Below, in pieces: positions 28,507-38,435 of a DNA stretch of 64,000 bases. Origin of the DNA: an uncultured archaeon (GTDB taxonomy: Archaea; Asgardarchaeota; Heimdallarchaeia; Heimdallarchaeales; Heimdallarchaeaceae); assembly GCA_964534625.1 (NCBI GenBank), contig CAZHRF010000008.1:1-64000 (forward strand). The letters run 5' to 3'. Both the position numbers and the translations under genes were made by a program. The notes beneath the pieces were generated by a model, which was given only the letters and a program-made list of their open reading frames with translations, did not search any database and was not told where the DNA came from. Positions within the stretch are counted from its first letter, which is position 1, and the number at the start of each line of letters is the position of its first letter.

Positions 28507-30003
28507 TTACAAATCTATCTCTAGCTTGCCTATGTTTCTAATTACTGATTTGAGAACTTTCCAGATGATTTCGACTGACTCTATTTCTACAAACTCCGAA
28601 GGACTATGAGGATTTCTTATATTAGGACCTATGGACGTAACTTGTAATTCTGGTTTTAATCTCAAGAATAATCCACATTCTAATCCTGCATGTATGGCCC
28701 TTAATTCTACTTTTTCCATATGTTCTAAGTATGATTTTTTCACTAAACGCGTAAACGCTGAATCAGGTTCGGGTTTCCAACCAGGATAAGCTTCTCCTTG
28801 CTCAACTTCAAAATTATAATTTTCGCCCAAATCCGCCAAGCCTTCTCTGAACAAGCCTAATTCTTCCGTAACGGAGCTTCTAGTACTACAATGAATATTT
28901 ACAGTGTTTTCAGCTATTTCCAAAACAGCAAGATTGTTAGATGTCTGAACTAATCCTTTAATAGTTTTACTGAATTTTATAACACCATGGCGGATCGAAC
29001 GAATCAGCATAAGAATATTTATTGTATCCTCTTCAGTAACACTTTTCTGCATCTCTATTGGTTCGTAGTTAATGGTAATTTTTTCTTCATGCTCTTTTTG
29101 TTCTTTAATAGTTCTTTTTATCCACTTATCGAGTATTTCAGTTGCCATTGATTCATAGGTTTTTTCTATAACGAATGTATATTTTGCATCTCTAGGAATA
29201 GCATTATGGGCACTACCACCTGTAGATTTGCCTAAATAGAAGAAAGCCTTATCTACTCCCATCTCTTCTTCAAGTTCTAGCCGCAAGTTAAGTAAACATT
29301 CAGCACCTAATTTGATAGCATTCGCTCTAGGAAGGTGTATATCTGTACCTGAATGTCCGCCTTTTAAACCTCCAATCTTAAGCATATATCCCTGGTACTC
29401 ATCGCTTACATCAACCCAGCTGAGCTTACGCTTAAAAGTCGTCCCACCACCACCTGCTGAACCTATTGTTATCTCTCCCAGTTCTTCGGAATCAATATTT
29501 AATAAATAATCTCCTTCAAAGAATCCTTTATCCATTGCAAAAGCACCAGTAAGACCTGTCTCTTCATCTACAGTAATGAGTACTTCTAAAGGACCATGTT
29601 CTAATTTTTGATCCTGTAAAATTGCTAAAGCTAATGCAACACCCACACCATTATCTGCACCTAAAGATGTACCCTTTGCATAAACAATCTTATCATCATG
29701 AGCTATTGGTATAGGATCATTTTCAAAATCAATCTTTACCTCAGGTTCTTTCTGGCAGACCATATCCATATGCCCTTGTAAAGTTAAAATAGGCCAATCT
29801 TTACATCCCTCGGAAGCACCTTTTTTTATTACTAAGTTACCGATGTCATCACTTTTGTAAGCCAGATTATGTTCTTTAGCCCATTCGATGAGCCATTCCC
29901 TTATCTTCGCTTCTTTTTTAGACGGGCGAGGGATCTTGGTAATTTGCTCAAATATGTTCCAAACTTTCCTGGGTTCTAAATCTCCTAAAATATTATTCGT
30001 CAT
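28507..30003 (-). CDS. pepD: Aminoacyl-histidine dipeptidase (M20C)
   Basis: IPRPSKKE, QGHMDMV, LGADNG, DEETGLTGA, GGHSG, HAGLECG. Confidence 0.93.
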   Translation of the reverse strand: MTNNILGDLEPRKVWNIFEQITKIPRPSKKEAKIREWLIEWAKEHNLAYKSDDIGNLVIKKGASEGCKDWPILTLQGHMDMVCQKEPEVKIDFENDPIPIAHDDKIVYAKGTSLGADNGVGVALALAILQDQKLEHGPLEVLITVDEETGLTGAFAMDKGFFEGDYLLNIDSEELGEITIGSAGGGGTTFKRKLSWVDVSDEYQGYMLKIGGLKGGHSGTDIHLPRANAIKLGAECLLNLRLELEEEMGVDKAFFYLGKSTGGSAHNAIPRDAKYTFVIEKTYESMATEILDKWIKRTIKEQKEHEEKITINYEPIEMQKSVTEEDTINILMLIRSIRHGVIKFSKTIKGLVQTSNNLAVLEIAENTVNIHCSTRSSVTEELGLFREGLADLGENYNFEVEQGEAYPGWKPEPDSAFTRLVKKSYLEHMEKVELRAIHAGLECGLFLRLKPELQVTSIGPNIRNPHSPSEFVEIESVEIIWKVLKSVIRNIGKLEIDL

Positions 30004-30260
30004 TTATTTTCATAAATAATAAAGAATAACCAGTTAAAAAAGATTTTTCAATAACAAATACTCATGACTAATTTAAAAAAAATCTCAATAGCAGAACTTA
30101 TGACAAATTCGAAAGATTTCTTACCTTACTATCAATTCCCCTATGTTCCTCGGAAAATATTAGTAATAGTACCAATGTAATGATTTTCATAACAAAGGTT
30201 ATATTATTGGAATAATAATAATAATTATTGGTAGGTATTCGTTATTAGGAGGTATTTGTC

Positions 30261-30809
30261 ATTTCAGAAGATTTCGAAGAGGAACTGTTAGAATTAGCAA
30301 AGATTCAAAATGACAATGACCAACAAAAAAAGAGAGAAAAAGATCTGCTAGAAAAAAAAAATCGGATGCAAAAAAAACTCTCTCAAAAGCCTACTGCGTT
30401 ACGATTGCCTGTTTTTCAATTTGCGATTATTGAACTATCAGGCATTATTTTATACAATCGCCGATTTGAAAAAGAGCTCATGGATGAATTTCTCTTCTCT
30501 GGTTTTAGCGCGGCAATCATAGCCTTTTCTAAAGAATTAGGAACAACTTTGTATATGATATCTATGAAGGATGTGAATTTCTTCTTCAAAGAATTAGGGG
30601 ACTTTTTTATTGTAATAGCTTCAGATCCAGCAATAAATAACGAGGATGTCAAAACATTAATTGAAACTATTACTAATCAATTAATATCCATTGAACTGAA
30701 CAAGCTTCCTAATATTAACGATTATTTTCTCACGGATGAGTTTGATGATTTTATTCTGCAAGCTATGATCCATTTCCAGATAGAGCAAAAAGGAAATGTT
30801 ATTAAGTAA
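30261..30809 (+). CDS. Longin-like domain protein with charged N-terminal helix (probable ATT start)
   Basis: SGIILY..DEFLFSGFSAAIIAFSKEL; frame open upstream of ATG 30366; SD AGGAGGT 7 nt before ATT 30261. Confidence 0.75.
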   Translation: MSEDFEEELLELAKIQNDNDQQKKREKDLLEKKNRMQKKLSQKPTALRLPVFQFAIIELSGIILYNRRFEKELMDEFLFSGFSAAIIAFSKELGTTLYMISMKDVNFFFKELGDFFIVIASDPAINNEDVKTLIETITNQLISIELNKLPNINDYFLTDEFDDFILQAMIHFQIEQKGNVIK

Positions 30810-30956
30810 ATTATACTACACTAACAACATTACAGTTAAAATAAACTGTACTTTAGAAAAAGGGGATATAGATTAGTTAAAATCATTGTTTTTTGGGATT
30901 TTGGGATCTGGTGTTTTATGTTTTATTACCACTGTTTTTTGCTACCAATCTCATTT

Positions 30957-32732
30957 CTATTCTTCAACCACGCCATATATTCTAAGTACATTAGCCCCTA
31001 TTTTCTTTTGTTTCTTGATTCTAAATTTTCCAATCTCTCCCGTATGGTCTACATGCGGTCCTGCACAAAATTCTTTAGAAAAGTTTCCAACTGAATAGAT
31101 GCTTACTTTATCGCCATATGTTTCATCAAATAATCCTATAGCATTGGATTTTTTCGCTTCTTCAAGTGGCATTATCTCTTTTTCAACTGGCAAATCCGCT
31201 TCAACTTGTTCATTAACTATCTCTTCTACTTGTTTAACTTCTTCTTTAGTCATTTTTCTTTTGAAAGTAACATCAAAGCGTGTTCTTTCTTTGGTGATGT
31301 TAGAACCAGTTTGATGAACAGTATCACCCAAGACATTTCTCAATGCTTGATGGAGCAAATGTGTCGCTGTATGATAACGTTTAACTGTTTTTGAGTGATC
31401 ACTTAATCCAGATTGAAACCTTCCCTTAGCTGCTGTTCTTGATAATTCCTTATGTTCTTCAAAAGAAGCATAAAATTCTTCTTTATTTATAGGTAAATTA
31501 CGTTCTGCCAATAATTCAAAAATGATTTCTTTAGGCATTCCATAGGTTGAAAAGAGCATGAAAGCGTCTTCACCTGATAATCCATTATTATTGTCTACCA
31601 TTCTATTGAATTTCCTCATCCCTCTTTTAATGGTATTACGGAACTTCTTGGCTTCTTTTTCAGTTTGTTGGTATACAAAATCTCTTCTCTCTATTAATTC
31701 CGGATAATGATCGCCAAATTCTTCTATTATTGGATTAATTAATTCTAATATAATATCAAGTTCTAGGTCTAATTGATCTAGTTTAACCATTGCGCGTCTT
31801 AATAACCGTCTAATGACATATCCTTGCTCTTCTTTACCAGGAGGTATGCCTTTAGGATCACCCATAGCGAAAACAGCACTACGAGTATGATCTACAATTA
31901 TTCTAATTCTTTTAATATCCTTATCAGTAAGATCATCTTCCTTTCCAACTAATTCTTTAACTTTTTCAAATAAAGGTTGGAAAACATGTGTATCGTAAAT
32001 TGTTTCTTTTCTATTCAAAATTTGTAGCATTCTCTCCACTCCCATTCCTGTATCGATATTTTGTTGTTCTAATATGTTATATGTTCCATCAGGTTGTTTA
32101 TCATAAAACATAAACACATCATTCCAGACTTCAACATACTTGCCACAACTGCATCCGGGTTTACAGTTTTCACTACATTTATCGAATCCATTATCAAAGA
32201 ACATCTCAGTATCTGGGCCACATGGACCCACATGTCCTACTGGTCCCCACCAATTATCTTCTCGACCTAAAAAGAAAATATGATCTTCAGGAACACCTAA
32301 ATCCATCCATATGTTTTTAGACTCTTCATCTCGCGGAATTTCTTCATCTCCTTCATAGAGAGTAATGTAAATCTGATTTGGATCCATATTCAGCCATTCT
32401 TTACCCGTTAAAAACTCAAATGACCATGATATGGCTTCTTTTTTACCATAATCTCCAAGAGACCAATTTCCTAACATCTCAAAAAATGTTAAATGTGTAG
32501 TATCGCCTACTTCGTCAATATCACCAGTCCGTATACATCTCTGAACATTATATAATCGCGTCCCTAATGGATGCCTTTCACCTAATAAATAAGGAACAAT
32601 AGGATGCATGCCTGCACTTGTGAAAAGTGCACTAGGGTCGTTCTCAGGGTAAAGAGAAAAGTTTTGGATTTTTTTGTGATCTTTGCCTTCAAAGAATTTG
32701 AAATAAAGCTCAATTAGAGTCTTTCTATCCAT
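30957..32732 (-). CDS. alaS: Alanyl-tRNA synthetase, short form lacking C-Ala
   Basis: LFTSAGMHP, HLTFFEMLGNWS, GPCGP, IDTGMGVER; editing motifs HTATH and CAGPH. Confidence 0.96.
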   Translation of the reverse strand: MDRKTLIELYFKFFEGKDHKKIQNFSLYPENDPSALFTSAGMHPIVPYLLGERHPLGTRLYNVQRCIRTGDIDEVGDTTHLTFFEMLGNWSLGDYGKKEAISWSFEFLTGKEWLNMDPNQIYITLYEGDEEIPRDEESKNIWMDLGVPEDHIFFLGREDNWWGPVGHVGPCGPDTEMFFDNGFDKCSENCKPGCSCGKYVEVWNDVFMFYDKQPDGTYNILEQQNIDTGMGVERMLQILNRKETIYDTHVFQPLFEKVKELVGKEDDLTDKDIKRIRIIVDHTRSAVFAMGDPKGIPPGKEEQGYVIRRLLRRAMVKLDQLDLELDIILELINPIIEEFGDHYPELIERRDFVYQQTEKEAKKFRNTIKRGMRKFNRMVDNNNGLSGEDAFMLFSTYGMPKEIIFELLAERNLPINKEEFYASFEEHKELSRTAAKGRFQSGLSDHSKTVKRYHTATHLLHQALRNVLGDTVHQTGSNITKERTRFDVTFKRKMTKEEVKQVEEIVNEQVEADLPVEKEIMPLEEAKKSNAIGLFDETYGDKVSIYSVGNFSKEFCAGPHVDHTGEIGKFRIKKQKKIGANVLRIYGVVEE

Positions 32733-32961
32733 AATTAGTAATACCTCATCTTGAAATGATGAAAAGTCTATAAAAAAATTATTGTTTTACGAGAGTCTCT
32801 CCAAATTTTGTAGGTGAGATTTATTTCTCTCATTATCATATCAATTATTCTTAGATAGTGCATTTTTTGAATTTTTGAGTTGTTTTTTTCTCGTATTCCT
32901 AGTAAATACATTTTTAACTATGTTTACCTCAATTGTGATTGATTAATATACGTGAGTTATA

Positions 32962-34896
32962 ATGAAGTCAATAGAAGAGATCTGTGAAAAATTTGCAGTA
33001 CAAAATGCTCTAGAGCATGGTGAAGCTAAAATCGGTCCTGTTATGGGGAAAGTGATGTCAGCTCATCCTGAACTAAGAAAAAAGGCTAACGAAGTCAAAG
33101 ATATAGCATTAAAACAAATTGACCTAATTAACACATTAACCGTATCAGAAATTCAACAAATAGCTCAAGACCGATATCCAGACTTGCTTAAAGAGGATAA
33201 GAGTAATGAGCAAGAAGGTACAGACTTCATTCGCGCCATAGTCGAAAAACATATGGAAACAGGCCGTTTTAACGGAAAAGTACGTACTCGTTTTCCTCCC
33301 GAACCTAATGGCTTTCTTCATATAGGGCATGCCTTTTCTATCTTATACAACTATAATCTCGCTAAAGAGTATAATGGAACATTTAATTTCCGTTTTGACG
33401 ATACTAATCCCATCAAAGAAGAAGATGTCTATGTTAAGGGAATGATTGAAGATATCAAATGGCTGGATGTCTATGAGAAGCGGGGAGATGATGATAATGT
33501 TTTGTTTGGCTCCGATTATTTCCAACAGTTTTATGATTATGCTTTACAATTAGTAGAAAAAGGTTTAGCCTACGTTGATGATTTGAGTGCTGATGAAATT
33601 AGTGAACTACGTGGAACATTAACTGAACCTGGTGAAAAGAGTCCTTATCGAGATCGACCTGTTGAAGAGAATTTAGATTTATTTAAACGCATGAAAGTAG
33701 GGGAATTTCCCGATGGTGCAAAAGTTTTACGAGCTAAAATCGATATGGCTCACCCTAACATGAATATGCGTGACCCAGTTATGTATAGAATCCTCCATAA
33801 ATCTCATCATAACACGGGAGATAAATGGTGTGTCTATCCCATGTATGACTGGGCTCATGGGTTAGAAGATTCAATTGAAGGTATTACTCATTCTATCTGT
33901 ACTCTGGAATTTGAAAACCATAGACCTCTTTATGATTGGTTTTTAGATCAGCTTGAAGATGAAGAAAATAACCCGATTCATCACCCCCAGCAAATAGAAT
34001 TCGCGAGAGTCAATGTTTCGCATACTGTGTTAAGTAAACGTAGGGCTCTCATTTTAGTCAATGAGGGATATGTAAATGGATGGGATGATCCACGGCTTCT
34101 TACTATAACGGGGTTAAGAAAAGCTGGTGTGCCTGTGGCAGCTATTCGTTCTTTTTGTGAGAGTATAGGAATCTCTAAACGAGATAGAATTATTGATAGG
34201 TCAATTTTAGACCATCACATACGGGAAGAATTAAACAAAATTTGTCCTCGTACTATGGCTGTTATAGACCCATTAAAAGTTGTAATAACTAATTATCCAG
34301 AAGGGAAAGAAGAGAAATTTGAAGTTTCTAACCATCCTTTTGATACATCATATGGAACTCGTAAGATAACATTTTCTCGTGAAATTTATATCGATCGAGA
34401 CGATTTCATGGAAAATCCACCTGATGATTTCTATAGACTATCTAAGGATAGAGAAGTACGCCTTAAATATGCTTATCTAATTACTTGTGATGAAATAATT
34501 AGGGATGAAAAAACAGACCAAATAGTCCAATTAAATTGCTCATACGATCCTAAGACTTATGGTGGGAAAGTACCAGATGGAAGAAATGTAAGAGGAACTA
34601 TTCATTGGATTTCAGTTGCTCATGCAGAAAAAACTACCATACATCTTTATGATAGATTATGTACACGAGCTAATCCAATGGATACTGAAGAAGGAAAAGA
34701 ATTTACAGAATATGTTAATCCTGATTCATTTAAGATTAAAGAAGCATATGTTGAGCCATATTTAATCAAAGAAGAGTTAGGTACAAGAGTGCAGTTTGAA
34801 CGTAATGGCTATTTCTATTTGAGTCCATATGAATCTACTCAAGATAATAAAGTGTTCATACAAATCATCTCTCTAAAAGATTCTTGGTCCAAGTAG
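32962..34896 (+). CDS. glnS: Glutaminyl-tRNA synthetase (bacterial type) with archaeal GluRS-like N-terminal domain
   Basis: TRFPPEPNGFLHIGH, RFDDTNP, YPMYDWAH, THSICTLEF, QIEFAR, VLSKR, GTIHW, QFERNGYF. Confidence 0.92.
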   Translation: MKSIEEICEKFAVQNALEHGEAKIGPVMGKVMSAHPELRKKANEVKDIALKQIDLINTLTVSEIQQIAQDRYPDLLKEDKSNEQEGTDFIRAIVEKHMETGRFNGKVRTRFPPEPNGFLHIGHAFSILYNYNLAKEYNGTFNFRFDDTNPIKEEDVYVKGMIEDIKWLDVYEKRGDDDNVLFGSDYFQQFYDYALQLVEKGLAYVDDLSADEISELRGTLTEPGEKSPYRDRPVEENLDLFKRMKVGEFPDGAKVLRAKIDMAHPNMNMRDPVMYRILHKSHHNTGDKWCVYPMYDWAHGLEDSIEGITHSICTLEFENHRPLYDWFLDQLEDEENNPIHHPQQIEFARVNVSHTVLSKRRALILVNEGYVNGWDDPRLLTITGLRKAGVPVAAIRSFCESIGISKRDRIIDRSILDHHIREELNKICPRTMAVIDPLKVVITNYPEGKEEKFEVSNHPFDTSYGTRKITFSREIYIDRDDFMENPPDDFYRLSKDREVRLKYAYLITCDEIIRDEKTDQIVQLNCSYDPKTYGGKVPDGRNVRGTIHWISVAHAEKTTIHLYDRLCTRANPMDTEEGKEFTEYVNPDSFKIKEAYVEPYLIKEELGTRVQFERNGYFYLSPYESTQDNKVFIQIISLKDSWSK

Positions 34897-35254
34897 AATT
34901 AGAAAAACAGAAAGACTTAGTATCATTTTCTTTTAGAAATAAAGATAGAGGACATAGACGGAGATTTAATGACCTCTTCTCTTTATCCTTTTGTGATGAA
35001 TTACGTTCGTAGAAACGTATCCGTATAACATTTTCTCAATTACTTTTAAACTCACTTAACAAATATAGGATAGTTTTTAAACTAAAAAAAGGGAGAAGAA
35101 GAGACTCAAGATTACACCGTTTTTACACTAGGGAGAACAAGGATAATTAGATAAAAACACAACAAACAAACTAGTTAATAGTCTTAGATGGTCTCTATCA
35201 ATAGTTTAAGATAAATAAAGTTTTACTGGCACCTGGATGAAAAAAAGATCCGCT

Positions 35255-35683
35255 TCAAAGTTTCTTCATACTTATTTGCAATGATTTATTAATTGAATAT
35301 CTAGGATAACCATATTTGTCATATTTGTCTTTATATTTATTTATTGCAACAACAGATAGCTTTACTTTAAACTGATGTACACCACCTCTAAAAGTAAAAT
35401 GATACTTATTCCAAACTTCCTTTAATTGGTCATAATCAATAAATTCTGGTTTAATCTTACTAATATCGTCGTCTCTTTCTTTCGCTGATACTCTATCGGT
35501 CGCATACCAAACTTGGAATGAAGGTTTCCCATGTGGAATTAATCCTTCTTTTCCCTCATCATCTTTAAAATGAACCAATCGTTCCAAAATAAACTTTGCT
35601 GCAAGTATTGTATCATCCTTCACTTCATACTTATTCCATTCTTCTTTTTGTGTTTCAAATTCTATTACTTCATATTCCATCAT
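35255..35683 (-). CDS. Hypothetical protein with duplicated E-x-W-N-K-Y module
   Basis: EFETQKEEWNKYEVKD and DYDQLKEVWNKYHF..YDKYGYPRY; SD GAGGTGA; 6 bp after the hicA stop. Confidence 0.75.
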   Translation of the reverse strand: MMEYEVIEFETQKEEWNKYEVKDDTILAAKFILERLVHFKDDEGKEGLIPHGKPSFQVWYATDRVSAKERDDDISKIKPEFIDYDQLKEVWNKYHFTFRGGVHQFKVKLSVVAINKYKDKYDKYGYPRYSINKSLQISMKKL

Positions 35684-35689
35684 ATCACC

Positions 35690-35914
35690 TCATAATGCCT
35701 CTATAAATTCCTTTTGAGAAATATTTGCTTGTTTTAGAATTGAATCAAGAGTGCCTTTTTTTATCTCTGGATGATTGGGGATTACAACCCTTTTGCCAGT
35801 TGTATCATGTCTTAATACAATATGCTTTTTATGTCGTAATACTTGATATCCAAATTTATTAAGCACTTTTACAACATCCATCGCAGAACACACTGGTAAT
35901 TTAAAAATTAACAC
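35690..35914 (-). CDS. hicA: HicA-family toxin (mRNA interferase)
   Basis: KLPVCS..VVKVL.KFGY..KHIVL..VVIPNH.EIKKGTL.SILKQA. Confidence 0.9.
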   Translation of the reverse strand: MLIFKLPVCSAMDVVKVLNKFGYQVLRHKKHIVLRHDTTGKRVVIPNHPEIKKGTLDSILKQANISQKEFIEAL

Positions 35915-35920
35915 CTCATT

Positions 35921-36190
35921 TTATCTTCTGATAACTTCTAATTCAAACATTGACTTACCAAAATTATAAGGAAATTCTTTTCCCTCTTGTAAAAAAGAGC
36001 GATGTAATTCCCTGTATGCATCACTAAATTGATCTAATGCTTCATCTTCATCTTCACATTCAGTAATTATTTCGGGTATTGAAGGAACTGTGATTGTGAA
36101 ACCTCCTTCTTCTTGTTCTTTTGCAATTACTTTGATTATGGTAAATTCATCTTCTTGGCCTGATGTATTATTATCTAATTGAAGTGTCAT
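35921..36190 (-). CDS. hicB: HicB-family antitoxin (short, no DNA-binding domain)
   Basis: EEGGFTITVPSIPEIITECEDEDEALDQF.DA. Confidence 0.88.
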   Translation of the reverse strand: MTLQLDNNTSGQEDEFTIIKVIAKEQEEGGFTITVPSIPEIITECEDEDEALDQFSDAYRELHRSFLQEGKEFPYNFGKSMFELEVIRR

Positions 36191-36365
36191 TCGTATCTCC
36201 TTTTTCAGTATATATATCTTATAGTCAAATGCTTATAAAATATTTCCCTTAAGAGTGAATTATGAGCTTATTTTCACTGCTTTCTTCCTTTTTTGCTTCT
36301 TTTTTCTAGTCATTTTCACGTGTTTATAAGGAGTAAGTTCACCTAAGAAACAGGTGTAATCTTTT

Positions 36366-37535
36366 TCAACTAGACCCTTTGCTTACTCCAAAATTTGATT
36401 CTACTAATGCATTTACATTTTCAACCTCATTTTTTCTTAGATTAATATCCGTACTCATACTAGCTATCACTTCACCTACGTCTTCTTTGAATCCCTCTAG
36501 TGCTTCAATAAAATACTTTGAAGATAGATCTGTGACTAAAACAATCGATAATTTATCACCCAACGGCTTAATTAAAAGTTTAAGATCTTCAAATGCTATT
36601 TCTTTAATCTCTTTTTCTTCTCCAACAAATTCATGGATGAGATTTGATATGGCTTTTAAGGCACCAGAAAAAAGTATCTGCTTATTTTCACATTCTGTTT
36701 TCGAGAGAGAATTATCCTCTTCAAATGTATTAAAAGAATAACTATAAACAGGAATGCCAGACTCATTGATAATAATCAGATTTCTAAGGCTTTCAGATTG
36801 CAAAAGAAATATTCCACCTTTATTATAAAAGTAGAAAAATAGCCCTAAACTTATAGTGATGATGAATCCTGCTAGATCAATATTTGGATTTTGGAATAAA
36901 ACCCCAATAAAAACGGGCGCCAAGATCATAATCCCTAGAGTAACGGTCATTTTTTTTAACAAATTTTTGACATCTGTGTTTCTCGTGTTTCTTATCTTAC
37001 TCACTAGGCGTTTTATAATACAAACTGCAATTATGAAAAATAACACATAGAGTAATATGCTGAAAATGACATATAAAACACTTACTGATAATTCTAAATA
37101 AGTAGGAACACTATCCTCAAACAAGTGTTCAATGGAAGTTAAATTATATTGACCAATCAATATCCTCATTAACATCGATAGCATAAAATAAAGAGGGGTT
37201 GCGCTCACCATTAACCCACCTAATATTAGATTCTTTTTTGTTAATACATTCTCAGATTCAAATGATTCAATAAATAACAAAATCAAATAAAGACTGATTA
37301 ATTGAACAATGGTAATAAGACTCCAAGCCATAATGCCGATCTCAGTATCAAAAGGGAATATAATAGTGTAAATGTGTGAAAAAATCATCAATCCTACTGC
37401 AATAAAAATAAACACCAACGTTTTGTATCTATACTGAATATAATTACGAATAATCCAAACAAATAACATGAAAAGTATAATAAGCTGAGCTATGAAAAAA
37501 ATGGTATTTAATAGTTGCATAGGAACCAATAACAT
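36366..37535 (-). CDS. Polytopic (~7 TM) membrane protein with C-terminal longin-like domain
   Basis: Hydrophobic N-terminal ~240 aa; ESGIPVYSY..ILFSGALKAISNLIHEF..IKEI. Confidence 0.78.
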   Translation of the reverse strand: MLLVPMQLLNTIFFIAQLIILFMLFVWIIRNYIQYRYKTLVFIFIAVGLMIFSHIYTIIFPFDTEIGIMAWSLITIVQLISLYLILLFIESFESENVLTKKNLILGGLMVSATPLYFMLSMLMRILIGQYNLTSIEHLFEDSVPTYLELSVSVLYVIFSILLYVLFFIIAVCIIKRLVSKIRNTRNTDVKNLLKKMTVTLGIMILAPVFIGVLFQNPNIDLAGFIITISLGLFFYFYNKGGIFLLQSESLRNLIIINESGIPVYSYSFNTFEEDNSLSKTECENKQILFSGALKAISNLIHEFVGEEKEIKEIAFEDLKLLIKPLGDKLSIVLVTDLSSKYFIEALEGFKEDVGEVIASMSTDINLRKNEVENVNALVESNFGVSKGSS

Positions 37536-37723
37536 AGTTTACTTATATTTATTTTCAAACATGTAAAGGTTCAAGCGGATCTTACATTACAGAAATAATT
37601 AAAGGAGCGTAGTTAAATTGCAGTAGACCGATTGTATCTGATTTGGATCACCTTATCATTAAATAATGAAACTCGTGGATTATTAAGATGATTGCATGTG
37701 TGGATTTAGGAATTTTAGTATTC

Positions 37724-38170
37724 CTAACTAATTGCCCCGAAAGGGCATATATCAATACAGGCTCTACAATTTCTACATAGCGATCTATCAATTTGCGCTT
37801 TTCCGTTGACTATTTTAATTGCATTATATTTACAGCTCGCTAGACACTTTCCGCATCCCTTACACTTATCGATATTAACTTTCGGAATATTTCTTTGTTG
37901 GATTACTACCTGTTCGCTATATGAACTTTCTATATTATTTGATCGATATATTTGATTTTGATTTATTGCATTGTTTTGTTTCCAACCTTGTCGTATCATA
38001 GGAGAATTACATGTAGGACAAAACATTTCAGTACAAGGTATTCCTCGTTGATGTGATACAGTTTCTCCACATCTAGGACAGTAACACATTTTTAATCTCA
38101 TTCTACCTTCTGCTTTTCTTCCCTTTTGATTTCTTTTGTGTATACCCACTCTTCTTCCTCTACCACTCAT
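37724..38170 (-). CDS. Cys-rich zinc-binding domain fused to a 2x[4Fe-4S] ferredoxin
   Basis: CYCPRCG..HQRGIPC..CPTCNSPM; CKGCGKC..C and CRNCRAC..CP; start taken at ATG 38170. Confidence 0.82.
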   Translation of the reverse strand: MSGRGRRVGIHKRNQKGRKAEGRMRLKMCYCPRCGETVSHQRGIPCTEMFCPTCNSPMIRQGWKQNNAINQNQIYRSNNIESSYSEQVVIQQRNIPKVNIDKCKGCGKCLASCKYNAIKIVNGKAQIDRSLCRNCRACIDICPFGAIS

Positions 38171-38435
38171 TTCATCACTAAACGATAATGGGTAATAACC
38201 CATTATAAACGTTGTCTTTGTAAACAAAGTTAAATAAGGAGATAGAGCTAAAAGAAACTCATCTCTGATTCTAAAGTGTGGGGTGTATCTCTGTATCTAT
38301 TAATTAGTTATATTTGATAAGTTAAGACGGATTATACTGAGAAAAAACATGGTTGATGAATGTCTGATTTATTTGAGTACTAACTTAATTAAGGCAAAAA
38401 ATTATATACCCTTAATATCTTTACACTTTGATTAT

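Noticed and set aside
35245-37583. 11-bp inverted repeat aagatccgctt/aagcggatctt bracketing the hicBA region
   Set aside because: Matches this short are expected by chance in 64 kb; no TSD or recombinase
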